Part shown: piece after piece, positions 41,483-55,919 of the stretch | How positions within the stretch are numbered: the stretch's first letter is position 1 | Layout: each line of letters starts with the position of its first letter | Assembly: GCF_022539665.2 (NCBI RefSeq) | Contig: NC_081332.1 | Location: 3,472,001-3,536,000, forward strand | Origin: Daphnia carinata | Lineage: Eukaryota | Length of the DNA: 64,000 bases | Direction: 5' to 3' | The notes under the pieces: model-generated | Databases searched by the model: none | What the model was told of the DNA's origin: nothing | Seen by the model: only the letters and a program-made list of their open reading frames with translations | Position numbers and translations under genes: made by a program

Positions 41483-44020
41483 ATCTGCGTGCCATACTGT
41501 TACCCAGTCTCTATGTCTGTGTATGTGTGTGTGGTGCCTAATTAAATATCGATTGGGGTTGATGCTCAATTCCTCCTCATTTTCATGTTGTTGTTCGACG
41601 GTTTCTTCGTTTCGGGATTCGTCCGTTTAGAATCAAAATATGAAGAGAAAACGAAAAGAAAGAAAGAAAAAATCTGCTGATTCGATTGAGGATCGAGTAC
41701 ACAGCAGCCCGTTGAACTTTCCGGGTAACAGCGAGCGGCCAAAGTGGAGGAATTTTTCTAAACAATCTCTGGCAAGAGCCGCATTCCGAGAAACGATGGA
41801 AAAGAAAAAGGCAAGAGAATGGGCAGAGCCATCAAATGGAAATCATTCATAAAAAGAGACGGACAATTCTATCTGTCTAGCAAAATGAATTAATGAAACT
41901 CTTCGCTTCGCTAGGCGTTGATGGGAACCGAAACGTGATGACGATTTCAAACAGTTCAAATGGTCTTCATTGAAAACAATAGAACTTAACAATTTTCTTT
42001 TTCCAGAATTCCCGCGATGAACGAAAATAATTATAAAAAAAAAAAAAAAAATGACCATCCACGAACGAAACCTAATTTCCGATTAAGATTTCAAAAGAGG
42101 GGGAAACACAAAAAGGAAAACGAAATGACGGTCAACTTGGATTGCAATGATTCCGAGAACGATGTCGGACACCGTTCAATCGAAACGCGCTCACGGGAAA
42201 AAACACCTTGACGTAAAAAAAAAAAAAAAAAATAATAATACAAGAGAAAATTTCAGCGACCGGGACCGGGTTTCTTATTCAAAATTCCCCCCCCCCCCCG
42301 CTCTCATTTGTTTGTTGCTCTTCTTTTGTTTTTATCTTTTTCAAAAAAGGCAACGGAGCAAAAGGATAGCAAACAAATAACACGATATAGAACTCGAAGA
42401 CTATATCCAACCACAGCACGGATGACTCTCAGTTGCGCATTCCGTTTCATCGAAGACGCAAAAACAAGAAATTATTCTTCTCTTCTCTTCTCTTCCCTTT
42501 TCTTTTTTTTTTCTTAACGGAAAATTGTTGCGTTCGGAAAAGCACATCAAGACGATGCAAGAAGACGAGGAAAACAATCATTCAACTTTGTTTTTGAATT
42601 TCCATAGCTGCTGCTTTGCGAGTTTGTGGCCTCCATCCGATAGAGATCCACACGACTAAAACAAGAGATGTTGAAAAAAAAAGGAGAAGAGAATAGACGC
42701 ATAGGACGAGCGTTTAAAACAACAAGCGCCGTAGCTTTCAAAATGAAAAGAAAAAAAAAGAGCGCTAACAAAAGGGACAACAAAACAGTTGCACGTGATG
42801 AGCCGATCGCGCGTTCAAATCCCGCGTGAATCTTTTGGAAATGACCTCGTTTTTCCAACCTCAACCCTATAGCCACATTCTACTCTTTTGCTGGCACACT
42901 AACGCGAGCAAAATAATAATAAAAAAAGAAACCCCCTTTTTGTACAAACTCAATCGCGTTCGGGCCATTGAAATGATTTTCACGAATAGCTTCAGCCAAA
43001 ACAAAAAGGTAAAAAAAAAAACAAAAAACAACAAGGCGAATGAAGAGATCACGAGGGCACGAGCCCTGATCTGAATGAATGGGGGAGGCTGGCAGGAGGA
43101 TACCAATGAATTAGGAAAACGCAACAAACGCCGACTTTAGATGCGAATCGCCATCATCCCGAAGAAAAAAAAAAGGGCGAAGACACACAAAAAGAATTTT
43201 TCCCAAAAAAAAAAAAAGGGGCACGAAAGATCGTCTGAAAAACACATCGTGAGCGTGAATAATCAACGGCGGGAAACCATATGTATATATAGAAATATAA
43301 ATAAATATTATCTATACGGAAAGCGGGGAAGAAGAAGAAAACCGGCGAATAAAAAAAAAAGAAGAATAGAAATGAAGAGGACCACTCCTTGTCCCATCCG
43401 TTACGATCCGAGAAAGAGAGAGAGAGTGAGGCTTACCTGTCAAAGGTTGCCGTCAGTCTTGACTGAAGCGTGTCTGCTGAACGTGAGCGTGTAGAAGGAG
43501 CAGCAGCAGCAACACGGCAAGATCCATAGAGACGCACAACGGCACTTTTCTTTCCAACTGGCCCCACAGTTGAGAGAAAGAACAACAACAAAAAAAACGC
43601 GGACACAGCGGGAACGGCCGGTACGTCGAAACACGTGTGCGGCGGTGCTGTGCGGCCAATCAGATGTGGGCTGTCCTCCTTCATTTACCGCTGGACGGTC
43701 GGCAAAAGTCTTTTGCCGTTTCACGGCCACCGCAATCTTTTTTTTTTCTTTTTTCTTCTTCTTCTGCGAGTCAAAATGAATGGGTTCATCAATCAAAACA
43801 AAAGCCAAAACAATGGAGCGCACTATCTGCCGATAAAAGTGTCAATAATGCCGAAAATAGAGAGAAGCGGCTATTTTCAATAAGAGGCTATCGAAGGTCG
43901 AATCAACAACAACAACAACAAAAAAAATTAAGAGAAAAAAAGGGCGTGAAAATTGGCGCGGGACTTTTTTTTTTTTTTTTTTTTACGACCGGATTCTCCA
44001 CGTTTTTACAAGTGCAAATA

Positions 44021-44054
<34 letters not shown>

Positions 44055-47000
44055 TACTCTGCGTCCCGGTCTGATCACGGCCGGCAACTGAGCAGCCGCC
44101 GGGTCCCGCAGGCAGCCAACACAGCATCCCGTGGCAGCTTAACACAACAGCTTATTTTTTTTTTTTTTTTTTTTTACAGTGAGAGCCTCCCTTCCATCAC
44201 GCGGCGGCTGCAGACCTTATTCTATCTGCCTTTTTTTTTTTCATCCTCTCTCTTTTTTTTTTTTTTTTTTTTATCTGTTGCCTTTTAAATATGTCCATTA
44301 CGGGTCGTCCCAACTCAACACACAGAACCAAAGGACACACCACCCATTTTTTTTTTTCTCGCCCAGCCATGGCTCAATTCCGTTCACGTCACCACGACAG
44401 ATCAAAATGGGAGAAAAAGGAACCCGCAAAACAAAACAAAACAAAACAAAACAAAAAAAAATAAATAAATAAACATAAACAGTGCGCGTTTGATCGTCTC
44501 ACCATTCGCTGCGAGCATCCCAAAAAGAAAGAGGGAAGACTAATGTAGAGATATCAACAAAAAATCTATACACACCTGATGGCAATGTTTGATGGGCGAG
44601 AATAAAGAAGCTATTGATGGCAGCTCTCTTCTTTTATTATTATTATTTTTGAATTCCGGAACAGAAGCTGGATTTCCTGGCCGTGTTTTCATGGCGAACA
44701 CCCGCTGACCCGAATCGACCGCATTCCCATCACCATGTGCAGGAGCACCATCTAGTAACAGCACGGAATCATTGAATGGGAAATCGAAGGAGAGGATCAA
44801 TGAAAATAAACCCTCCCCCCCCCCTTTTTTTTTCTCGCAACAAAACAACAACAACAACAACAACAACAACGCTCGTCTGTATACGACTGCATAATGCAAA
44901 TCTCATTTCCAATCGAGCGTAATTCCCCACCTCTTTATTCATTGCCGTCCATTTTACAGTACCCCGAATTTGGCGGGATAGCTACCCGTCGACTAGGAGG
45001 AGCAGCGGCGACAATCATTCAACAGTTGAATTAACGGGAATAGACGCACTGACAGAAAACGAACATAAGAATAAAAGAAAAACGAATTGAATAGAGGCCC
45101 ATAGTTATAGCTGGCTAGCTGTTACGACAGTCTCTATACGGCGAGTTCACTGTGAACGAAAAAGGGCTGCTATTGGCGTCGCTTCGCACACACACACACA
45201 CACAATTCGAATTACCATCCTTTCTCTCGACTACTGGAACACCATAAAAAAAAAAAAAAAAAACAATAACAACACAAAGTCATTCATTCGAAAATAGCTG
45301 CGAATCACTCGGCCGTCCGGGACTGTCGTTTCTTCTTCCAAGTTTTTTTTTTTAATTATTCCCAGAAATCTGACTCTTGTATTGGCGACATTTCCAATTT
45401 TTTTTTTTTTTTTTTTTTTTTGCGTTCAAAGAAATAAGAGAAAACGGTAACGACATGACATTTCGTTATTTTCATTTTTTTTTTTTTTTTGCCCTCCCCA
45501 AAGAAATGGAATTCACGGTAATGAATTTGTTCAAACGACGTGAAACGGCTTTGACCCGCTAAAGATGGGCGGGGAGGGAGAAAAATAAATCAATTCTCGC
45601 CAAAAATATAAAAAATAAAAATAAACTATTTATAGCCGATTGTCAATCGAAAAAATGCCATGGAAGGCAAAAAAGAAATGCAGTGGCGCGCGACTCTCAT
45701 TTGTGCGTGAGCGGCGCGAGTGCGTCTTTTTTAATGAAAAGTCAACACGCGTTCTCGTCACACGCACGCGTCGACCCGCATTTTCTCCCTCATTTTCTCG
45801 ACGAGAATGTCTCACGATTTTACGACTCTAAGGACGGACGACGACAACAACAACAACAAAACAAAAACAAAAAAAGAGAAGAGTGAAAAGGGAAAAAAAA
45901 AAAATCATCATCGTCAAGAATGAAGAAGACTCACAAGCGCAGTCTGGATTCAATCTGCAAGTTGTGTACGTACGTGTGTGTGCCCACGTTTTGTTTTTTC
46001 GAGTCGACGGAATGATGGATGATGATTTCCTTTTTTTTTTTTTCTCTCTCCTTGACACACCGTAGAAAACTACGAGACTCTTCACTACTGCCCTAAAAAT
46101 ACGATTTGTCAATCAAAGGAGTGGACTTAACAGGGAAGGTCGCACCGCCTAATGAACCCTTGCGGTGCTGACCAATTATTGATCATCCATCTCATTTTCC
46201 CTCTCTCCATTAGCCATTGGGACCAATCAATTTGACAATCATCGCCATGAAAATAGATCGAACTTATTCATCGAAATTAATAAAGAGACTCATCTTACCT
46301 CTATTTCTTTGTCGTCCAAATGTTCCAGCTTGAAATTTCTTTTCCCATCAATCAGGATGGAGACGGACTCGGCACCATCCTATTATTCCGATAGACGGGT
46401 AGTTTGGATGAGATATGGAAGAAAGCCGGGACTGATGCGGCGTTCGCCGCACCGGGCAAAGGGATCCGGTGCAAGGAGTGACACATATGGCTTTTAGAAT
46501 GTTTGAAGACAGTAGAGACAGCGCCGACGAAGAAAACTGTTGCGTGAAGACGGACGAACGCATCAGCTTAGTAGTCTTGGATGTACAGCTTGCATATAGC
46601 CCTTGCTAATGAGTGTTCGCCGGCGAGCCAGAGAAAACAGTGACACCTCATCAGCAGCGTTGCGGGGGTCAAAAATATACACCCCGTCAATGATTGCGCC
46701 CGTTTGGGAGAAAGAGAGCACACTAAGTTGCATTAGCTGCTCACTAGCATCACCAAAAACTAATGTATGCATCTTATCCATTTCTGCCCCCTTTTTTTTT
46801 CTTTTCTTTTCTTTCTTTTGGTTTTCAAAAAGCAAACAGACTTCTTGTTTGGCTTTTTTTTTTCCCTCCACTGTGTAAAATGGTTGCGCATGAGAAAGGC
46901 AAGAACTTTTTCCCATCAGCCAGAGCGGGATCTATTACAGCTGGGTTGGCCATCTTCGTTGTGATTTTCTTGCGACGATGACATGACACGATTCTCTCTT

Positions 47001-47532
47001 AATGTGTTACCTCTTTTCCTATCTCTCAACGCCGGCCGAGACTCCTAAATTTAGACATTCAAAAACTCAATCAAACTCGAAAGCTATTTACTGAACTGGA
47101 ATTGCCACACAATGACACCACAACAAAAAGATTCGGTGCAATGTTACCCAAAATAGCCCAAAATGGACGAAAAGAAAAACTTGTTTTTTTTTTTTTTCGT
47201 GGGGAAAATTGTGACAACTTCAAAAACAAGGGTAACAATTTTCTTGTTTTGTACTGGTCTCTTGACTATAAATAATTCATTTCTAAAGAGAAGAACACTT
47301 CCCTTATACATCCAATGCTTCCATTGAAGTAACGAAGCCTCAAACAATTTCGAGACTTCGTTATTCTGACAGAAATGTTTTTGCATGATCTGATTAGGAC
47401 ATGAAAAAACGAAAATACTAGTTTAAGAAAAAAAGGGATAATTACAAATTTCACCGAAGGACTCATTTCGAAACGTCTGCCCGTCCGAGAGAGGCAGGTG
47501 AGTGATACATGTGATAAATATGATGTGCTAAT

Positions 47533-50495
47533 CTATTCCGGCGTCACCGCAGGTGCGTTCTTGCTGTTTTGATTTCGGTTTCGATTTTCTGCACTGAGTC
47601 GTCGGCAAACGTCGACTAGAGGTAAGTCATCAGCTATGGAAACAACATATTGAATTAGTTTAAACATTCAAATTAAATCAACGACTAATTCGGAATCAAT
47701 TTTTACCCTCGTCACCGGAATATTTGAGGCAGAAATCATCTTCTTGCATGCTTCCATCCTCTTGTTTTTGAGGCACTTGGCTCTGCTGCTGCTTACTCAT
47801 AAATTCATTGCAAAAACGCAGGTCTTCCATAATCTCGTCGTCGTCATCGGCGGGCGGTGCCGATTCAGTCTCAGAGCTGTCTCCGCCTCCCTAAATGAGT
47901 TATTATTTTCATTATTTTTTCTTCTTCTAGAATAAAAAAAAATATTAATAAAAACTTGCTTTGCATTCCATGAGCGGATGCGTTCCTTCCTCTTTTGGTG
48001 ACCCTTGAGAACTGCCAACACTTGACTGATAATGAAAAGAACAAAACGAAAAAAAAAGGTAAGCGGGGAAAGGTGCATTTGAATTATTTCCACAATCGGT
48101 TACCTTGCAATCAATTTCCACGTTGTCTAAAGGATTTGACGTGTTTGCTCGCTGTGCCAGTCCACGAGACGGTAAAATGTCAGCGGGGCTTGGTTGCGAA
48201 CGATACGTGCTGACAGAACGTGCAATTCGACCTAAAAGTGGCGAGTAAAGTGTTACGCAGCAATTACTTTATAACAAAATCTGTTAAACAAACCTTTTGG
48301 AGTAGATGGTGATATTTCGGAGGTTGCTCTTTGATATGGAATTTTGCTACAAGAAAAATGAAAAACATTTGAAAGGATTTCTTAGAAAAAAAAAACACAA
48401 AATAATGATGAATAGAAACCTTGAATGTCCAGGCCCTGCCCGGCCACCTCGCACGCGAAGCCCAGTCCCGCTACGACCTTTCCACGGCGGGGCAAAGGGA
48501 GTGCTGGGGAAAGAAGTAAGAGAAATTGACAGGGGAACTGGTAGAATAACATTGGCGATTGAGTTACCTTTGAGAATAATTATGGCCGCTCAAGGCCGCA
48601 TGCGTCGAATCTTCCATGTCAACAGGATGCCGTGGTCTTTTAGTTGGTCCTCCGGCTAAAGGCGTTCCATCAGGTTTACGTTCCGGTGTGCTCTTTTTGC
48701 CTGCAGTTGCAGCAGCTGCTTGGGTTAGAACTGTTGAAAAAAATGTTGAAATTTCCTCCAAAATGCAAGCATCCACCATAGACTGGGTCACATTCTGTAG
48801 CTTTCTCTTCCATCTAAAATTAACGTTTACTGAATCGGTTTCGTCAAGTAACAGAGAGGATGGCGTGGATTACTTAAGCATTCGCAAAGAGTCCACAGCA
48901 CCGTCTACTACTATGAGGGACGATTCCGCTTTCATTCGATGCCGGAGTTGTTCAATTCCATCTACTGTGCACGTCGACGAAGACTGACCAACCACTAACA
49001 TCGTTGGACATTTGATGTCCAGAATGAAATCATCCGGTTCACCTCGCTTACCGTCGACGCAGAAAAGTGGAAAGCCTAAACATAGTAATGCCGTAACAGG
49101 CTCCAAATAGGCGACCTGCAGACAGATGTACCGGAATCCAATGTACTGACACACAGTTACCAGCGTACAAAAATTATTTTACCTGAGCGGCTATTAGTGC
49201 TCCCTGCTGAAGCCCAGCAAGAACGATAGGGCGATTCGGGCAACCTGCTTTTAGCTCCTGTACTTTCTGTAAAGTTGCATTGATGATGGATTCCACAAGC
49301 ACGGGCAAAGACAGGGTATGTAGCGAAGGAGTGGCCTGGAGGGAAACCGTTGTTACTCTTCCTAAAGTCTGTAGAAGGTTATGCCACGTCTGGAAGCGTC
49401 TTGATCCGCTAAGACTATAAAATGTAAGAGCTTCGTGATTTTAACTTTCTCTGCTACAAATTTTGAAGAAAATGTTTTTACCTAGACAAAGAGTTATAGT
49501 TGTTGGTTCCTGAAGGTACCATGATGATTAATGGTGCCATAGGTGGACCTTTGGCATTTGGCAAAGTACTAGGATTTAATGCAGGCTCCCAAGGTTTGCC
49601 AACAACAAAGTTCAAAATTTGGTTGTTTAACGAAGACAGCTTGCTATTGGTTAGTGGGGTGCTCAATATTCTATCGACCAACGTAGGCACTCTGCTCTGA
49701 AGCACTTGTAAGATGTTTATGTAACACAACAAATAATCCCGACTGAGGTGTTCAATAAGCGTCAAGTGTAGCCATTGGGTAATTTTAACATCCCATGCCA
49801 CGGATGACAAAATGATTCTCAATTTTTTGGCTGATCCTTCAACATTAATTTTCTTCTGGATGGCTTCGTTTTCAAGTTGTTCTGTAGCTAGTCTAGCCAT
49901 GTTGTCTGCAACGAGCAGCTTTACCACCTTTCAAACCAAAAGAAAAGTTTCTTTCTTTGTTATGCAGAATTTAAGAAAACACAGACCTTATTGAAAATCC
50001 TGTTTTGTAATGGTGTCCAACCATCTCGTTTCACAGTTTCTTCCCAATCAGAAGAGGTTTCCTCAGTTAAAAGAAGATTGAATTTTTGGTTCGACTCCAT
50101 ATAATTTTTTTCTGTCATCTCCCTATTTAATATTGGGTGATGTTTTGGATTCGGAGTAACTTCAACATCTATGACATCATCACCGCTAGAAAGATAATAA
50201 GAAAAATCAATTACAAGAACCACAATACAGGGTATACCCTACATACCCGACAGGGAAATTTTCCTCTGCAAAGAGAATTCGGGCGGGTTTGCAATGGGCC
50301 ATTTCTTGCCGCCAATTCCATGGTTTTGCATAACAATGATCAAGTTGCACTGGGTTCTGCTCGCCACCCTTAACACATAGCGCAAAAACTTTAAATAACG
50401 AAGAGAAATAGCCGATACAAAATCTTGAAAACATTATTTACCGGTCCATTTGAGAAATTTCTATTTGCAACCGAAGCCTCCCGACTTTCTTCCAT
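47533..50495 (-). CDS. KANSL3: KAT8 regulatory NSL complex subunit 3 (KANSL3/Rcd1), multi-exon
   Basis: LDHCYAKPW, GWTPLQNRIFNK, LARLA-like MARLATE, SVAWDVKITQWLHLTLIEHL, alpha/beta-hydrolase-like RPIVLAGFSQGALIA, LCLGFPLFCVDGKRGEPDD, CPTMLVVGQ. Start MEESREAS at 50495. The acidic low-complexity C-terminal exons and the stop at 47535-47533 are less certain. Confidence 0.9.
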
Positions 50496-53213
50496 TGCTT
50501 TAACTACCATTTAGTTGTTGAAATCGAAGAGCACGCGACCACGCGACTTAAGGCGACGCCAGATTGTTTGTTATTAAGAAATTCAATAAGTTCCATAGTT
50601 ACTTGCCTACTGCCAGATGGCGTCAGTGCATGCTTTCACAAAAAGCGAGGGAATTGTGGATAGAACAAGAAAGGTCTGTAAAATCATGACATAGCCTTGT
50701 ATATTGTGCCAGTGGTAAAATCTTTTCGCCTTGATTTGGTAATTGGAGGGTTTACTTGCCATCAATCCTTTCTCTAAATCTACTAAGGAACACAGGTTAA
50801 AAAGTGGTTAAATTGGAGTTCACCTGTACGCCTTCATTGTCTGGTTTTAACAGAACGTTTCAATCGATTAAGTCGACTGCTTTTTTTTGACGGGGGGGGG
50901 GGGGGCAAATTATGTCTAAAGCAAATATGGCAAGCAGGTAATTTGTATAAATGTAATACATTTTTATTGTCGTAACCAAACCTCGTATTTTGCAACCTTC
51001 ATTTTGTGGTCTGCTGATTATACCTTCCTTACTTCACACCAACCAGTAGAATCAGTCTATAACCAATAAACATCTCATACCTTCTAAGTGGAGTATCAAA
51101 ATTAATACGATTTGTCAAGATACTTGTTATTCTCATAAATTTCGCGTTTTTAAGAATGATTACTTAATTTACCGTAATAGATTGCCCTAGTTTTTTGGCC
51201 TATAATCCTGTTAGGGCACTTAGGTAAAGGAAAACCCCAATGCCCGTAGAAAGCTAACATCAAAACTAGCACTATAAATAGCATGGAATCATTGGCTAAG
51301 GTTTGGTGGCTTAAAACCAATTAGCTTATCACGTGCCATTAGAGTATTATTATTAATTGGTCACGGTGATCAACAAAAGACCTGTCGTTTCTATTACCTT
51401 TCAATGTCGTCTGTAAAACCTAGGTTGGTTTATCTCAGCAATTCAATGTGTAAAACCAGATCTACTGTATGTCCTTTTTTTTTGTTCATGTTTGTTTACC
51501 CGATGGATAGACAGACAATACCTGTTGTTTTCGTGTGGATATAAACCACAGCCTGCACGTCGTCGTCAACGATATTTTGCTGATGCCAATATGGTCAATG
51601 ACTCCAAACCTCTTCTAGATGTTAAGCTTCTAGATCTGTTCAAGGAGAATCCGGTTTTGTAACCTACTTAGCACAATGCACAAGTATTCTATTAATGATC
51701 GTAACTCTAACACAGAGTAGAAAAACAAATCATATCAGCCAACACAAAGTCGATGGGTCAAACTGGTTTGAAAACGCGCAACAAGCTTACCGATCCGAAG
51801 AAAAATGCCAATCACGTCTGAGCTTTTCTACAAAAACGAAACTTTAAAAAAAGCATACTACTGCATGCCTTCACCGTTGGAAACAGCGGCCTAGATTTAC
51901 AAAAGAATTTAGTCGGCTGGATTCAACCGGTTCGCTGTATTCAGAAGCTTGATGAAACAGTTAACATGAAAGACTGCTAGTGAGTTTAAAACATACACAT
52001 TTTATACAAATTTAACGTAGGCTTACGTGCGGATTGACACAACGGCGATAATGGAAATAGGATTTCGAATGCACAGTGTTGAGAATCAAATATCGTTAAG
52101 CAAAATGCTTCGTCATCTAGTAGTTACCAGCATCGGGTAGGACTAAACACTGAACTTCAGTCTGGTAAAATTTTGGCGTGGCCTTCAGGCATATGTCAAA
52201 AACTCACCTATTCAAGCAGAAACGGTTAGCAACACAACTTTTGTCAATTGAGTACCTTAAACATTATATACTTTACAGCATTTAACGGAGAAACAAGGAA
52301 GACAATACGAGCGAATGCACGGTTGTTATTTGCCCAGCAGATTAGACAAATCAGCACCAGCAAACCACACCAAGCTACAAAATGAAACATTGCTAAGAAA
52401 ACTGAAAAAAGCCATGAAAGCATTATGGCAATGGTAAACGCACAACTGACTTGGATTCGCGCTCGGTGGAACCCACTTTATATGAAGGCACGCGGTAGAC
52501 GGGAAAAACTTTTCAAAGCTCTAGAGCTCCAGGCACTAAAAGGAGGTGCTAACAAAGCTTTCCTTACTGAGAACAACGTGCACAACCTAACCTGAACAAT
52601 AAGGATGGTACGTTCTGCGGTGGTAAGTAGAAAGGTACGTTACAAATTATTGCCGCAGGTTCCACGATCTTTTGCCTTATGCAAGAAAAGTATCTTAATG
52701 ACTATTCAATTCGAAAGTGAAAGCTTCTCTTGCGGGAAAAACAGAAAGCAAGTACTGTACGTGGAAATCGAAATCTAACTGGACGAGACGAATCGTGATT
52801 GCTAGAAGTGTTGGCATCTTACACTCTGCCCTCAAGGACCAGCGGTATTTCCAAGAATGTACATCTGGTCGTTACGTAAACTTAATACGGGCGAGGATTG
52901 CATTACACTTTACAGATAACTTCTATCGGAAAATTGATAATCTATGCAAAACAATGGTCATCAAGAGAAAGAAAATATGCAGAGACATGTACCTTGAAAA
53001 AAAGAAACTTACTCCTGGACGTCCTAGTACCAAAACAAAACAACGGCCTTGGTTTCAGTAGTCGTACAGTCAGCGTGTTAGTCCAGAATGTGGGTTCATG
53101 AAATAGATAAGCAAAGTTCCTCCTCAGTAGCCAGCATGATGACGTATACCATAATCACGTAAAGAACACTGTGTAGCTGTACCAATCAAATTTTCATTGT
53201 TGTGTGGTAAACC

Positions 53214-54104
53214 ATGGATAGTAGAGTTGTAATACTGTATTACCTTGTGGTTGCAGGTTGGTTTCCTAGCATACGATTGTATCATAACACTGAAACATGA
53301 AAACTCTTATTCCTGACTATACAAAATGTTTTCCTGGTTAAAATTACCTGTGACCCAGTGCGACCATGTCGAAGCAAACGGTTTTCTTACTCGATTGCAG
53401 ATTCGGAACAATGCGACCAATTCTACAGGTGCAGGAATGGTGAAATGACTGAAGAACTCTGTCCAGACGGGCAGGTCTATGAACCTGGAAGTCAATCTTG
53501 TTTCATGCCTCAGCGAGTTATCTGCGGCAAGAGAAAACATTTACGTAAAAGAAATATAAGTTTAGCGAGAGGTACAGCAACGCTGACGTACATTTTTGAA
53601 TGTTATGGAAGCGCCACGGAGAAACGTTGTGTGTCCAAGACTTTTAGGAAGACTCACTCCAACGGACTCTGCTTTTAAAAATGATCGCTTCGGAGGTTTA
53701 ATTTTCGATGAGGATCAAGCGGTTTGTGAGTTTCCCGATATGGCAAACCACGCAGAATGCTCAGGTGCTATAAATAAAAAAAATTTAAAGTTTAGTTTGA
53801 CTTATTTTAAAACTTTTGGAAGCTTACAAAATTTTGAACTTCACTTATCCGTACGGATCAAACGTACAGTCAGACAATGTTGTTCTGTTCTTTGGTGATC
53901 ATGAACGCTTCCCTAAAGTGAGAATTACGTTTAGTAAATATTCTAAATCAATTATAATGTGAAGCGGTCGGATAGAAGGAGGATTGTCAGCATTTCTTCA
54001 TGTGTTTGAAAAGTGGTCGACCTCGCCAAGGGGGATGTCCAATAGCATCAGCCTACAACCCGAACACTTTCCTTTGCGATAAACCTGCAAACGTTCCTGG
54101 ATAG
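53214..54104 (+). pseudogene. Obstructor/Gasp-like triple chitin-binding (CBM14/peritrophin-A) gene, apparently degenerate
   Basis: Signal-like exon MDSRVVILYYLVVA. Domain 1 QCDQFYRCRNGEMTEELCPDGQVY..C..P.RVIC. Domain 2 CPRLLG...GLIFDEDQAVCEFPD lacks its three middle Cys. Domain 3 starts FTYP (expected FTCP) and ends CDKPANVPG*. No clear AG acceptor for exon 2. Confidence 0.7.
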
Positions 54105-54298
54105 TAAGTAACTTTGGTATTGAAGGAGATGTGTAAAACGAAGTTACAAAATCGCCAGTACTTGAATTTCAATAAAAAATTAATTACATTTTCGTAACGG
54201 TGAAAATTCATACAAGGATTGATAGGCATCATTTCAAAGAATAAAGTTTCCTGATATCTTCCCCTCTCTGGCAATTTCTTTTTACATTTTGAATCATT

Positions 54299-55186
54299 CT
54301 AAACTGGGAATTGATGCTGAAGGAGTAATAACATTTGTTCTGCTGCTATATTTTTGCAGATTTTTTTGGATTTTCCTTCTCCTGTTTCGAAAATTGCATT
54401 ACTATTTCACGATGTGTAGAACTATCAATATTAATAAATCTTACCACGGGTAACGTGTTCGTACATTTTGCAGGTCATAACAAATTGTCTAAAATGAGAA
54501 GGACCTGTAATGCTAACAACTTCATATTCAGGAAGGTTAAGATGTCGTGTTAAAGCAAAACTTGTCAGCATTCCAGCTGAATTTTTTGTTTCTGCTGTTT
54601 GCTGCACCACATCTTCATTTAGAAATTCAAATGTTTTCATCCTGTAGAACACATGCTTCTGTTGACAACAAATTAAACTATACATAGAATAAATTTCACA
54701 AACCATTCAAAGCATTTCACTAAAATGTCTTGAGTGATACTATTAAGTGTTCCTCCACTTTGGGTAGTTTTTTTTAACAGCATCATCATTTTGTATGCTG
54801 CATCGTGTTTTGCCTGCATTTTTGTTTTGGCTTTTCCAACCACTAGAAACACAAAATAATCACATGATCATTTTTAGCTTTCTTCAGGCTGATACAGATG
54901 GAAAGAAAAAAATGTATTTAATAAGATATCACATACCTGAAATACCCAATTTCCAAACTGTTAAGCTTATTCGGAAATTTTTCTGGTGAGCTTCCCCTGA
55001 TTCTTCTACTAAATCATACATGGGCATACCAAAACCAAATTTTGTGCAAAGCTCATGAAATAAACTAACATATGTCTTTTGAGCAACTGCAACTTCATTA
55101 GATGAATCTCCCAATCCTTCGTCGGAGCCAATCCTGAGTTTGGAGATTGCTTCAACGTTAACGCTTCCAGCTTTAGTGATATCCAT
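54299..55186 (-). CDS. Small protein with two dsRNA-binding domains (R2D2/Loqs/TRBP-PACT-like), 4 exons
   Basis: dsRBD1 KTYVSLFHELCTKFGFGMPMYDLVEESGEAHQKNFRISL...GKAKTKMQAKHDAAYKMM. dsRBD2 NSAGMLTSFALTRHLNLPEYEVVSITGPSHFRQFVMTCKM...GEGKSKKICKNIAAEQML. Stop TAG 54301-54299. Confidence 0.88.
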
Positions 55187-55919
55187 TGCTATTCACAATT
55201 CTGCATTTAGTACAAAAAGGTTATGAAGATATGTGGTTAACTTTTCTTTAAACATTGCAACGCAACACCTGTTGCAATACCAATATCTTCAATCTACGCT
55301 ATCACTCGCTACACCACCACATGACAGTTCTTAGAACCCAATAAGCATGGTTGTCTAAGAATCGATCAACTGAATCGCTCGTGAATAATTTAGCTGGTTT
55401 ATGGCAAACGACTCTGATATATATTCATGGGTTAAGACTTGGTTAGAAAAATAATATATATATATAAAAATATATGTATAAAACATGAGATATTCAAAGG
55501 CAGAGCCGAGATGTCATTTCGGCCTTTTCGGTCTGGTTAGCTTTCGCCTTCATGTGTAGTTTTTTATGTCTCGCTGAACGTCAACAACAGTTCATCTACA
55601 CAGAACTTTTGGTCTGTTTCAAACGTGCCAGAAGATGAATAACATTCGATCTCGGTTTATCGCACACAGCCGTTGCGATTAAAGAAGCTAAAAGTTGTTA
55701 ACAGAAAGAACGATGTTTCGTGGACCGACTCCTTTCTTTTGCCAGATTTAAATTTCAGTTTCGTGCTACCTATTCTCTCTCCAATCTTGCAACTGTAAAA
55801 CAACCATGAATAACTGTTTTATATTCATAGAGCAGCAATAAAAAAAGGCAAGACAAATGGATGTTTACTATTATTCAAAATATCGTGAGAACACTGTACA
55901 AATGTCACTTAATAAAAAA

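Noticed and set aside
37000..46100. Dozens of Phe- or Lys-rich short ORFs
   Set aside because: Translations of poly-T/poly-A runs and microsatellites.
50650..53150. Possible gene between KANSL3 and the obstructor-like locus
   Set aside because: Scattered splice-like motifs but no coherent frame or recognisable domain.
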